Shown here: positions 37,219-46,860 of the stretch, piece by piece
Numbering within the stretch: position 1 is the first letter of the stretch
How the letters are laid out: each line of letters opens with the position of its first letter
Assembly (NCBI GenBank): GCA_036170915.1
Contig: JAVHQC010000022.1
Location: 255,420 to 319,419 of the forward strand
Direction of reading: 5' to 3'
Source: Cyanobacteria bacterium auto_48_18
Lineage (GTDB): Bacteria; Cyanobacteriota; Vampirovibrionia; Obscuribacterales; Obscuribacteraceae
DNA: 64,000 nt
Notes under the pieces: model-generated
Seen by the model: only the letters and a program-made list of their open reading frames with translations
What the model was told of the DNA's origin: nothing
Database searches by the model: none
Translations under genes and position numbers: made by a program

Positions 37219-38957
37219 TACCAAATGTGGTGCGGAAAGCAAAGCGTTTTGTCAACGGTTTGCTGGCGCCCGAAGTTACCTCTGCCTTGCCGAACATCGC
37301 CGGTGAGGCTTTATTTGATACTGATTTTGGTTTTGCTTTTAGCTTTGAATGTCCGGGCGGCGAGCGGCCCCTGCTCGGTATTGAGTTTGATTTGCTGATT
37401 GAAAAAATTGAGCATGGTGCAAAACCTGATGCTCAATTGTTGTTGCCATATTTATGTGCAGAAATTCTTGAAAATAGAATCGAAGCAAACTATCGCCTGG
37501 CTCAAGCCTGTTTCAAAAGCGATAATCTAACTGATGCAAAAACCTTCATAGATCGCACCTGGCGCCTTTGTGGCGGCCGGCCTATTTTTCTTCCCCTTCT
37601 GCTTAAAATCAATAGTGCTACTGGTCATATAGAAGCGATTCGCTCAGCTTATAAAACCTTGGGCATGACAGCAGCGGGCCAGGGCGAGATCGAGAGTGCT
37701 ATTGCTTATTTCGACCTCTGGCATTACGCGGCCATGACTTATGCCAGAGAAGATAGATACGAAATAGACGCTGATATTATTGCTGCTATCGACAGATTAG
37801 CTGCGCCTTTCAGGTCAGCCCAAGCTGCTGCTACAGCCAGAAGTGGAAAAATTAGAGTTGGTTATTATCTTCGCGGTGTAGTTGAACTCAATTCGGTGCT
37901 GCTTAAAATCAGTCACGTCTTGATCAACTTGCATGACAAAGAGCAATTTGAAATTGTGGCGATTGTGCCTGAAACAGTAGAAGAGGTGAGGCGCTCACCT
38001 CAGGGCCTAGAGCATGTGGAGCGCCTGAAAGCCAGCGGATGCGAGGTGCTTTGCAATAGTTTTGTCGAACTACCCAAAGGCCATGTAGTTGAGTCTTTAA
38101 CCGGTTTAGCCAGACAGATTGAACAAGCAAATCTGGATATTCTCGTCACCAGTGCCTCACTGGTTGATTTTTCAACTTGTTTCATCACTGCCCTGAAACC
38201 TGCGCCCAAGCTGCTTGGTTTGGTACAGGGGCCGCCCGGTCAGTTCTCGCATCCTCAATTAGATTGGTCGATTGCCTGGTCAAAACATCCGCTTATGGAT
38301 AGCCCCTGCAATTCTACTTTGGTAGAGCTGAAGATGACCGGCAAGCCGCCTGAGGTAACTTCGCCGGCAAGTAAACAAGATTTGCTTGTGCCGGAGAATG
38401 CCCGAGTGCTGATGAGCAGCGGCCGGTTTGCTAAGTTTCAAGATCGCCAGCAATGGCAGGCGATAAGCGAAATGCTTGTGGAAAACGACAATTTATATTA
38501 TGTGGTTGTAGGCACTCTTGCTGAGCAGATTTTAGACTTTGAGAGTATGGTAGCGCCGGCGGTGCGCGAGCGAGTTAAGTTTTTAGGATGGCGCACTGAT
38601 TTTCACAGGCTGGTTGCCTTAGCCGATGTATTACTAGACACGTATCCATCAGGTGGTGGGCAGGTAATTGTAGAGGCCATGGCACAGGGGATTCCGGTGG
38701 TTGCACACCGCAATGATTTTCTAAAGGAGTTTGCTCAGACAAGCTGGTCGCCGGTAGAAGATTTTGTCAGAGATGATGAGTTGCTTGTGCGGCGCGGCGA
38801 TTTTGAGGCACTAAAAGCCATTGTGCGCAAACTTTTGAGTGATGATGCAGCCTGGCAGCGCGCCTCTGCTTCGTGCAAGAACAGTATGGCTGGAGCCGAC
38901 CCTTTAGACGGCCTGAGGCAGTGCGAAGCAGTTTATAAAATGGTGGCAGGAAGATAA
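37215..38957 (+). CDS. TPR-like plus GT41/GT-B glycosyltransferase
   Basis: Helical TPR-like N-half, 'KIRVGY', 'HDKEQFEI', 'ADVLLDTYPSGGG....EAMAQGIPVV'. Confidence 0.7.
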   Translation: MIPNVVRKAKRFVNGLLAPEVTSALPNIAGEALFDTDFGFAFSFECPGGERPLLGIEFDLLIEKIEHGAKPDAQLLLPYLCAEILENRIEANYRLAQACFKSDNLTDAKTFIDRTWRLCGGRPIFLPLLLKINSATGHIEAIRSAYKTLGMTAAGQGEIESAIAYFDLWHYAAMTYAREDRYEIDADIIAAIDRLAAPFRSAQAAATARSGKIRVGYYLRGVVELNSVLLKISHVLINLHDKEQFEIVAIVPETVEEVRRSPQGLEHVERLKASGCEVLCNSFVELPKGHVVESLTGLARQIEQANLDILVTSASLVDFSTCFITALKPAPKLLGLVQGPPGQFSHPQLDWSIAWSKHPLMDSPCNSTLVELKMTGKPPEVTSPASKQDLLVPENARVLMSSGRFAKFQDRQQWQAISEMLVENDNLYYVVVGTLAEQILDFESMVAPAVRERVKFLGWRTDFHRLVALADVLLDTYPSGGGQVIVEAMAQGIPVVAHRNDFLKEFAQTSWSPVEDFVRDDELLVRRGDFEALKAIVRKLLSDDAAWQRASASCKNSMAGADPLDGLRQCEAVYKMVAGR

Positions 38958-39973
38958 TGCACCTTCCCAGAACAATTGCAGCATTTATTGTATTTTTGAT
39001 GCTTTGTAGTGCAGTAATTTTGTCGCCGCCCAGATTTGGCGAGCAATCAGGTTATGCCGCTTTGATCGACAAGCATGCCCGATTGGCGGAAATCACTTCA
39101 CCTAAAATCGTACTAGTGGGCGGTTCAAATGTAGCTCTCGGTATCGATAGCACTGTAATTGAGAATGTAATGAGCCGTCCGGTTGTTAACATGGGCTTTG
39201 GCTGCATTCTGGGTTTGCGCTACATGCTCGAGGAGGTCAAAGGCAATTTGTCACCAGGCGATATTGTGGTGATAATGCCTGAGTATGATTTCTTTTGTGT
39301 GACCACTAATCTGGAATCAAATGCCAGAGTCAATGGCAGCAGCGCATTACTTAATTTGGTTCTGGTATTTCCGCAAGCAAGCCAGTGGGTGCTACGCACG
39401 TATGCGAGTGCCCCGGAAAGAGTTTTTGACTTCATTTATGACTGCCGGCGCCTTGTTTTAGCAAAGGTGGAGTTTTATCAGCGCGTTTTGCGCAGTCGTT
39501 ACGACAAGACTTTTCCAAAAACGGAAGACCTTTTGGGCGGTGCCATCAACATGTATGATCACCGTGAGGCCTATAATTCACATGGTGATATGACTGCACA
39601 TTTGCAGAAAAAATCGCCAGGTCTTAATGGCATGGAAGTTATTGCTTACGGCAACTATACTTTTAACGATGAAGCTGGTGAAGTAGTGCGGAAATTTGCC
39701 CAGTTTGCGCTTGAAAAAAATGTGCGTGTAGTGGTGGCACCACCTCCTCTTCCGGAGCGGGTATACAAAAAGTATAAAACCCGTGCGGACGATATCTTCG
39801 CGCACTGGCAGAAGATACCAAATGTGGAAGTAATAGGCTCGCCTGAACAGTTTTCCTTTCCTGAAAACTACTTTTTTGATACTGCTTATCATTTAACTAA
39901 ATTTGGTCGCAATTTAAGGTCAGAACTAGTCGCGCAAGAACTTTTCAAGTTAGCGCCGGCAAGTCACCTTTGA
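38957..39973 (+). CDS. SGNH-like membrane-anchored protein
   Basis: N-terminal TM, 'LVGGSN', 'NMG', C-terminal 'FFDTAYHL'. Confidence 0.62.
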   Translation: MHLPRTIAAFIVFLMLCSAVILSPPRFGEQSGYAALIDKHARLAEITSPKIVLVGGSNVALGIDSTVIENVMSRPVVNMGFGCILGLRYMLEEVKGNLSPGDIVVIMPEYDFFCVTTNLESNARVNGSSALLNLVLVFPQASQWVLRTYASAPERVFDFIYDCRRLVLAKVEFYQRVLRSRYDKTFPKTEDLLGGAINMYDHREAYNSHGDMTAHLQKKSPGLNGMEVIAYGNYTFNDEAGEVVRKFAQFALEKNVRVVVAPPPLPERVYKKYKTRADDIFAHWQKIPNVEVIGSPEQFSFPENYFFDTAYHLTKFGRNLRSELVAQELFKLAPASHL

Positions 39974-39995
39974 TGAGAACTGTGGTTGCAAACCG

Positions 39996-41714
39996 ATGAC
40001 TAACATTCTGGCATGGCGTAAACAACCTTTTGTTCTGGCAGTGCTGTTAGTGGGTGCTCTGACATTATTTGTGCGTATAGTTTTTGTTCAAACCTTTAAA
40101 ACCAATGATGATGTTGGCCTCTCCATGATCTGTTCCGGTTGCGGTTATTCAGATACACCCGACCCACACTTGATGTTTACCAATATTTTGCTGGGCCGGG
40201 CCTTAGCCGGACTGTACACGATTTTTCCGAACGTTGCCTGGTACGGGCACTATCTGTTGATTGCAAATATTGTTGGCCTGACAGCGGCCGTCACCGCCCT
40301 ACTGAGAAAACGAGCTACGGCCGTTTCCATTTCTCTAGTGCTGATCTTTTTCCTAGCTGTTGGTTTAAATAATCTCGTGCTTTTGCAGTTTACCACCGCG
40401 GCCTGTATGGTCTCCCTGGGCGGTGTGGCAATGATTCTAAGTTGGTTGGACGATGACATACCGCTATCACCCCGAGGGCTGGCTCGACCAGCTATAGCTA
40501 TTCTTTTGCTGATTATCGGTTCTCTAATTAGATTTGAAAGCTCATTATTGATTGCCATTCTGGCGGCCCTGGTTTTTGCAGTGAAATATTTGCTCGGCGA
40601 TAATTTCAGTCTTTTTCGTCAGGCAAGGAGCTTTATTGCCTCTGCCGGCGTCATCTTCATGGCCGTCTGTGCGGCGCTGGCATTGCATCTGTATAATGGC
40701 TGGGAGTACCGCCAGGCGCCGGGTTGGGAAGACTTTTACTCAGCCAATGTTTTGAAGTGCGATTTTGTTGACTATGGCTATGGCCGCTCTTGCTCTGATG
40801 AAAAAAAGAAAGAAGCGCAGAGGGCGGCCAATTGGACAGACAATGACTTATTGCTGGCGCAAAATCTCTTTTGTTTAGACACTGACAGATTTTCGGAAAA
40901 GCGAATGCTCGCGGCGACACAAGTATTACGAGGCACAAACTATTCTTCTCTGCTTGAAGTTTTTAAAGACTTTGCCCAAGTCTTTGAAAATAAAATGATT
41001 GTGCCTATTTTAATCACCTCTCTTTTACTCTTCGCTGTCTATCAAAGTTCATCTCTCAGTAGAAAAAGATTAGCGGTGCTCGCCCTTCTAATCATTGGGC
41101 TAATGTTGACGTTGCTGGTCACGCTAAAACTGCCTGAACATGTTTATTTCCCCATTTTTTCATTCTTCTTGTTTGTTTTGCTCTATCACATTGACGCCGA
41201 AGCGTTGAGAGAAAAGTTTGTTCGCTCCAAATTACGACTACCTGTGTCGCTTGCAGCCTGCGTTATGGCCTGCGTGCTTTTGTATATGGCTCACCAAAAC
41301 TATTTTGTCAGAGGACAAAATATTCAAGCCCAAAATCTCTTGTTGAGGAAAGCAATCAATGATCTAAAACCAGATGCGCAAAATTTATACATTGTCTGGC
41401 GAGACTTCTTTCCGTATGAATATGTTCTGCCGTTCAATAACATCAGGAGCTATTTCAAAAATTTCAAAATCTTGCCCTTAGCATTTCGTGCCAGTGCACC
41501 ACTTGCGGCCAATAGAATGAAGCAGTTTGGTCTGAATTTGGATAACCTTGGCACGCAGCTGACAAACAAAAATATTTTCTTGATCAGCGGAGATGAGCTT
41601 AATCCACTGATGGTGACATACCTGCGTGAGCATTATGGTCTGGACGCCAAACTGAAACTATGTCGGGAGTATCCAGAAGTTAGATTGCGCGTTTATCAAA
41701 TTGTGAGGCTTTAA
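39996..41714 (+). CDS. Polytopic membrane protein, putative GT-C ('NDD' family copy 1)
   Basis: 'FKTNDD', 'PDPHL', 'WY', 'LQFTT', 'GWEDFY..N', 'WTDND'. Confidence 0.6.
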   Translation: MTNILAWRKQPFVLAVLLVGALTLFVRIVFVQTFKTNDDVGLSMICSGCGYSDTPDPHLMFTNILLGRALAGLYTIFPNVAWYGHYLLIANIVGLTAAVTALLRKRATAVSISLVLIFFLAVGLNNLVLLQFTTAACMVSLGGVAMILSWLDDDIPLSPRGLARPAIAILLLIIGSLIRFESSLLIAILAALVFAVKYLLGDNFSLFRQARSFIASAGVIFMAVCAALALHLYNGWEYRQAPGWEDFYSANVLKCDFVDYGYGRSCSDEKKKEAQRAANWTDNDLLLAQNLFCLDTDRFSEKRMLAATQVLRGTNYSSLLEVFKDFAQVFENKMIVPILITSLLLFAVYQSSSLSRKRLAVLALLIIGLMLTLLVTLKLPEHVYFPIFSFFLFVLLYHIDAEALREKFVRSKLRLPVSLAACVMACVLLYMAHQNYFVRGQNIQAQNLLLRKAINDLKPDAQNLYIVWRDFFPYEYVLPFNNIRSYFKNFKILPLAFRASAPLAANRMKQFGLNLDNLGTQLTNKNIFLISGDELNPLMVTYLREHYGLDAKLKLCREYPEVRLRVYQIVRL

Positions 41715-41746
41715 TTGTCCACTTTCGCGCTTCATTATCGCATTGG

Positions 41747-42088
41747 TTACTGCAAACTAGGATTATCATTTGACTTCGATTCGCGATTCCGCAATGCCTG
41801 ATTTTCGGCCAGTTCAAGTAGCGCTTCAAGGGCCTGAAACTCCTGGATCATAAATGGCAAAGACTGGTCGCTATAGACGGAAGGGAAAAATTTTAAGTCG
41901 GCTAAGTCTGCTGGCTTTCTAATTTGTTCGTGTATAGAGCCAACAGGACACGTAGGTTTTTTTTGCCGCTTGAAGTGCGCGCCCGGATTGAAAACATAGC
42001 TTGCTTCGCTGACCACCACATGCTTAGAACATCTATCGCAAAGCCTGAGAGCTACGGTAAAGCAAATTGAATCATTCTTTTTTGACAC
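41747..42088 (-). CDS. Hypothetical protein (doubtful)
   Basis: 113-aa ORF filling an intergenic gap, with CxxC...C/H residues and no recognised family. Confidence 0.3.
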   Translation of the reverse strand: MSKKNDSICFTVALRLCDRCSKHVVVSEASYVFNPGAHFKRQKKPTCPVGSIHEQIRKPADLADLKFFPSVYSDQSLPFMIQEFQALEALLELAENQALRNRESKSNDNPSLQ

Positions 42089-42459
42089 AAAACAAACAAT
42101 GAGATTGCCTTGGAGAGACGATCCCTCAAGAGTTTTTCCAAATATCGGTAACGACGAGGATTCTCAACAGAAATTGGTCATAATTTTCAGGCATATTGCT
42201 AGCTGACGATCAAATCCGCCAGAACCCGCGATAATCACGTTGATCAACGACTATTACGTTTACGGTCGGGCTTTATTGTCTCTTATGAATCTGGCTTTGC
42301 ACCAATCGATTTTTATGATAGTGCTCTAACCAAGATTGGCAGTAGCAGTAGAGCTAATTTCAGATACTATTAGCTGTCTTGCTGGTCAGAAGCAGAGAAG
42401 GTGTCCCATATCAAACTCGTGATAGGTCGAGTGTGGCAGATAGATTTTGAGAATAACAA

Positions 42460-43635
42460 GTGACTATTCCGTTTAATAAAACTAGTTGTAGCGGTAGAGA
42501 GCAAGAGTACATTTCACAAGTAATTGCGCACGGGCACTTGTCCGGTGATGGTCCGTTCACCAAAAAGTGTCGAGAGTTGCTCCAATCGATCTTTGACTCG
42601 AAATCAGGTCTCTTGACGACATCCTGCACGCACGCTCTTGAGATGTCTGCATTGCTTCTCAATTTGCAGCCCGGTGATGAAGTAATTGTCCCTTCCTATA
42701 CTTTTGTTTCGACCGTTAACGCTTATGTTCTGCGTGGAGCAAAGCCAATTTTCGTCGATATCCGTCCCGACACTAAGAATTTAAACGAAAAACTCATCGA
42801 AAAAGTAATCACTAAAAATACGAAAGCTATTGTGCCAGTGCATTACGCCGGCGTTGGTTGTGAAATGGATCAAATATGCGCTTTGGCAAAAGAATATGGA
42901 CTTGCCGTCGTTGAAGATAATGCTCATGGATTTTTCGGTAAGTACAAAGGGCGGCTGCTTGGCAATTTTGGCGAGATGTCTACCTTAAGCTTTCACGAAA
43001 CCAAAAATATTCAATGCGGAGAAGGCGGTGCCTTAATCATCAACGATACCGACCTGTGCGAACGGGCTGAGATTATAAGAGAAAAGGGAACAAACAGGGC
43101 TCGATTCTTTCGTGGCCAAGTCGACAAATATAGCTGGGTGGACATCGGTTCGAGCTATCTGCCTTCAGAAATACTCGCCGCTTACTTATACGCTCAGCTT
43201 GAATCGCGCAACAAAATTCAAGAACGTCGTAAAACTCTTTGGCATACTTACTTTCACGAATTGGGAGATTGGGCTACAGAGAACTCGATTGAATTGCCTT
43301 ACATACCAGAATATTGCGACCAGTCGTATCACATGTTTTACATGATGCTGCCTAGTATGAGCGTGCGCCAACAATTGATTGATCATTTGAAGCAACACGA
43401 CATCTTGAGCGTGTTCCACTACTTACCATTGCATAGTTCTGAGATGGGACAGAAAATGGGTTATAAACTCGAAGATTGTCCGGTCTCCGAAAGGGTCAGT
43501 GAAGGGATTTTGAGACTGCCCTTCTTTGTTTCACTGACGGACGGTGAGCAGCAACAGATTATAGAAACAATCAAGACATTCCGTGTGTCGGGTCGACCAA
43601 GCTTACTTGATACGAAAGCTAGCCTACAGCTATAG
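42460..43635 (+). CDS. wecE: dTDP-4-amino-4,6-dideoxygalactose transaminase
   Basis: 'IPFN', 'GDGPFT', 'SCTHALEM', 'SFHETKN...GEGG', 'REKGTNR..FFRGQVDKY.WVD.GSSYLPS', 'FHYLPLH'. Confidence 0.92.
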   Translation: MTIPFNKTSCSGREQEYISQVIAHGHLSGDGPFTKKCRELLQSIFDSKSGLLTTSCTHALEMSALLLNLQPGDEVIVPSYTFVSTVNAYVLRGAKPIFVDIRPDTKNLNEKLIEKVITKNTKAIVPVHYAGVGCEMDQICALAKEYGLAVVEDNAHGFFGKYKGRLLGNFGEMSTLSFHETKNIQCGEGGALIINDTDLCERAEIIREKGTNRARFFRGQVDKYSWVDIGSSYLPSEILAAYLYAQLESRNKIQERRKTLWHTYFHELGDWATENSIELPYIPEYCDQSYHMFYMMLPSMSVRQQLIDHLKQHDILSVFHYLPLHSSEMGQKMGYKLEDCPVSERVSEGILRLPFFVSLTDGEQQQIIETIKTFRVSGRPSLLDTKASLQL

Positions 43636-43666
43636 CTCAGTCAATTCGGGGCCGCTGGAGAATAAG

Positions 43667-44902
43667 TTGCAACCTATCGACACATTTGACGTCTCTTTCG
43701 GCGGAAACTCGGAGAAGGTTCAAGCGCAAACAACACCAAAGGCAGTTGAAGGAAACGCCGTATATTTTGCCGGCTTAAATCAGCTACGCTGTTTTGCGGC
43801 CCTTGCTGTTGTTGTCCAGCATATAGAGCAATTTAAATCGGTCCTAGGTTATCCTAGCCTATTTGGAAATTTTACAATCGGGACGCTAGGATTGGATGGA
43901 GTCAGGCTTTTCTTCGTCATCAGCGGTTTCCTTATTACCTACTTGTTGTTCACCGAAATGGAGAAAACCGGCAGTATAAATATTACTAAATTCTACTTCC
44001 GACGAGCACTGCGGATCTGGCCCCTCTATTATCTAACCGTCTTTTTAGGCTTTTTTGTCGTTCCTCATATCTGGACAACCGAATTCGTCGCCTTGAGAAG
44101 CGCACTGTCACACAATTTCAACACAGAATTGATTATGTTCGCAGTATTCGTGCCTAATCTTTGTAGCATTATGTATCCACCCGTTATTTGCGCTGCACAG
44201 TGCTGGACTCTTGGGGTCGAAGAACAATTCTATGCAATCTGGCCCTGGCTAATTAAGTTTTCAAAGCGCGCTACCGTCTTTGGTATCATCGGCGCGGTGT
44301 TGATTAAATATGGTCTGATAGAAGCTATTCAACAGCTGTCAAGTTATGCACTCCCTATTCGTAGTCAGCATGGTATGGACATTGTCAGCGCAATATCAAT
44401 ATTCAAAACCTTTCTTGTTAGTTTCGATTTAGAGTCTCTGGCCATTGGCGGTTTGGCCGCTTATTATTTTCTGCACCATAAAAATTCAATGGGATTTGTC
44501 ATACAAAAGCCCATCTTCACCGTTCTGCTTTATTCATGTTTGGCAGTCAGTTTTACATGCAGTTATCCATTTCACGAACAAATTGCGACAGTGCTATTCG
44601 CCTTACTGGTTCTCTACAAGTGCATAACGGTCTCGTCAGAGTCACTGTTCAACAGATTATGCGAGCATATAGGTAAAACTTCGTACAGTTTGTACATGCT
44701 ACATCCCATATCGTTGCTACTGACGTTCTGGTTCCTTTCTGCAACTGGCTTGAAAAGTATAGGTGACTTACCGTTTGCAATCTGTTCATCATCACTGGGC
44801 ATCGCGTCCAGCTTAGCAGCCAGTCAGATCAGCTTTTATTGTTTTGAAAGCAATTTCCTTAAAATGAAAAAAAGGTTTGAAATTATTGCCACAAAAGTTT
44901 GA
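43667..44902 (+). CDS. Acyltransferase-3 (OafA-like) O-acyltransferase
   Basis: 'LN.LR..AA..V...H', 'FFVISGFLIT', 'RRALRIWP', 'WTLGVEEQFY', 'SYSLYMLH'. TTG start after GGAG. Confidence 0.9.
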   Translation: MQPIDTFDVSFGGNSEKVQAQTTPKAVEGNAVYFAGLNQLRCFAALAVVVQHIEQFKSVLGYPSLFGNFTIGTLGLDGVRLFFVISGFLITYLLFTEMEKTGSINITKFYFRRALRIWPLYYLTVFLGFFVVPHIWTTEFVALRSALSHNFNTELIMFAVFVPNLCSIMYPPVICAAQCWTLGVEEQFYAIWPWLIKFSKRATVFGIIGAVLIKYGLIEAIQQLSSYALPIRSQHGMDIVSAISIFKTFLVSFDLESLAIGGLAAYYFLHHKNSMGFVIQKPIFTVLLYSCLAVSFTCSYPFHEQIATVLFALLVLYKCITVSSESLFNRLCEHIGKTSYSLYMLHPISLLLTFWFLSATGLKSIGDLPFAICSSSLGIASSLAASQISFYCFESNFLKMKKRFEIIATKV

Positions 44903-44933
44903 TACTTGTAAAAACTTTCGGCCATCTCTGGTG

Positions 44934-45890
44934 CTAATCGATTTTGTTTTTTTCTTGATGAATTTCTCGAACGATTGTATATGGACGCATTTTTGTTTCA
45001 ATAAAAATACGCGAAATGTATAAACCAAGAATGCCGATACTAAGTATGACCAGGCCGCCTAAAACCCACACCGAAGCCATTACTGAAATCCAACCCGGTA
45101 GGTTGTGACCACTGCACCATCGAACAAATAGAGCAACCGAAATCACTGTTGAAAGACAAAAAATTCCTGTTCCCAGGAAGAATACAAAGAAAAGAGGTCT
45201 TTCGCTAAACGACGTGATGCTGTCTAGCAGTGCCATGAGCCGAGAGCTAAAGCGGTAACTAGAGCCAGGGCGGGAGAGCTTTTCAAATTTTACTCCGGTT
45301 TGTTTGAAGCCGGTCTGAACCCACAACCCCCCGATAGCAGTTTTGTGCTCTTTGTGATGAATTAGTGCTTGGGTATAACGGTGTTTCATAAGACGAACTG
45401 TGCTGTGATTATGAGGAATTTTTATCGGAGATAATAGATCCAATAAAAGCCATGCAAAAGAGCCGCTAATTCGTTCAAAGAAGTCGCCTTTACGTTGTTC
45501 CTGATAACCATAAACTACATCCCATCCTTCGGCCAAAAGTTTGGAATAAAATTCGCCAAGCAACTCTGGTGGCTCTTCCAAGTCTACGTCTATTAGCAAC
45601 ACAATTTCACCGGCAGCATGCTCTAATGCTGTCATCATCGCTTTATGGTGGCCGAAGTTTCGAGAAAGCTCCACCACCTTAACTCTTGGTTCAATCGAAA
45701 CTAGATGCAAAGCCTTGTGCAACGAATCGTCCGGGGAACCGTCATCCACAAAAACTATTTCGAATTCTTCAGTTATTTTCTTGGCTTCCGCACAGATGCG
45801 CTCAAAGAATTCGTCTATGTACGGAGCTGAGTTATATAGCGTCGTGACGATAGATAATTTTAGAATTGGTTTGGCAGGATTGGTTATCAA
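44934..45890 (-). CDS. GT2 polyprenyl-phosphate glycosyltransferase (GtrB-like)
   Basis: 'VDDGSPD', 'LSRNFGHHKA', 'IDVDLEEPPE', two C-terminal TMs, 'RP'. Confidence 0.9.
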   Translation of the reverse strand: MITNPAKPILKLSIVTTLYNSAPYIDEFFERICAEAKKITEEFEIVFVDDGSPDDSLHKALHLVSIEPRVKVVELSRNFGHHKAMMTALEHAAGEIVLLIDVDLEEPPELLGEFYSKLLAEGWDVVYGYQEQRKGDFFERISGSFAWLLLDLLSPIKIPHNHSTVRLMKHRYTQALIHHKEHKTAIGGLWVQTGFKQTGVKFEKLSRPGSSYRFSSRLMALLDSITSFSERPLFFVFFLGTGIFCLSTVISVALFVRWCSGHNLPGWISVMASVWVLGGLVILSIGILGLYISRIFIETKMRPYTIVREIHQEKNKID

Positions 45891-46840
45891 TCTAATTCAA
45901 GGGTTGCTATCCCAAACCCCGATTTTCCGTACTCAGAACCACAATACAGAAGATAAACAATTCCATTGTGCTGGAAGACGCAAGGATATTCGATCATATC
46001 GGCGTCCCAGCCCGAGTCTGATACGTCGATGCCAGGATCCTGGCCCAACTGCTCCCAATCTAGGCCGTCCTTTGATTTCGCAATAAAAATGCGATACTTT
46101 GCGCCCCGACTGCAGTACCACATCCAGTAAGTATCGCCGTCTTTTAAAACTGTCGGTTTGCAAATTGCATATTCAGCGGGATAATCGGCAGTGATAACTA
46201 CTTTGTTGAGTCTAGCCCAGTGGATGCCATCTGACGAGTCGGCATATTTGAGTATATGCAGCATGTCTTGCTTCACTGGCCCCCATTTTAGATTGGAGCC
46301 ATACCACATACGGTACTTTCCGTTTTCAACCGTAACCCATGGATAGGAAATGGTAAATGGGTCGGTTGCGTCTAAGGGGAGAACTGGAAAAGTTGAATGC
46401 CGCACAAATGGTTGGTTAGGGCCGTCGCTGATTGCAAGGCCAAGAGCATTTTTCCAAGGAACTGTCACTGCCAAGTTCCAACCCATGTAATACAAGTATT
46501 TTTTTTCGCCAACAGGCACAACGCAGCCAATCGATGCTCCACAATCGTCAAACATTCCAAGTGCGCCTGGTCCCAGTACAGGCTCCTGCGCTTCGGATAT
46601 CACTGTCAGCGGATCTTTTAAGTCTATATCCACAGAACCGATACTTGACCGATTTTGATCATCGCGAGCACTGAAGTAAATCCGGTAAACATCATCATGC
46701 AAATGTTCAGCTGTAGGATTTGCAGCGTGTGTTCTGGCCCATTCTAATTTTCCCGATGGTTGATAGACATGACCCAGCTTTTTCCATCGATGGTGCGTCT
46801 GGATAGTTCCACTTTTTTTGCTCTTATCGCTTATTAGCAT
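45887..46840 (-). CDS. Five-bladed beta-propeller glycoside hydrolase-like protein (GH32/43/130 clan)
   Basis: Repeated blades 'YLYYMG', 'YRMWYG...YADSSDGIHW', 'YWMWYC...AKSKDGLDW', 'WD..MIEYP', 'YLLYCG..YG..GFG'. Confidence 0.7.
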   Translation of the reverse strand: MLISDKSKKSGTIQTHHRWKKLGHVYQPSGKLEWARTHAANPTAEHLHDDVYRIYFSARDDQNRSSIGSVDIDLKDPLTVISEAQEPVLGPGALGMFDDCGASIGCVVPVGEKKYLYYMGWNLAVTVPWKNALGLAISDGPNQPFVRHSTFPVLPLDATDPFTISYPWVTVENGKYRMWYGSNLKWGPVKQDMLHILKYADSSDGIHWARLNKVVITADYPAEYAICKPTVLKDGDTYWMWYCSRGAKYRIFIAKSKDGLDWEQLGQDPGIDVSDSGWDADMIEYPCVFQHNGIVYLLYCGSEYGKSGFGIATLELD

Positions 46841-46860
46841 TAAACGTCCTTGAGACCTCT

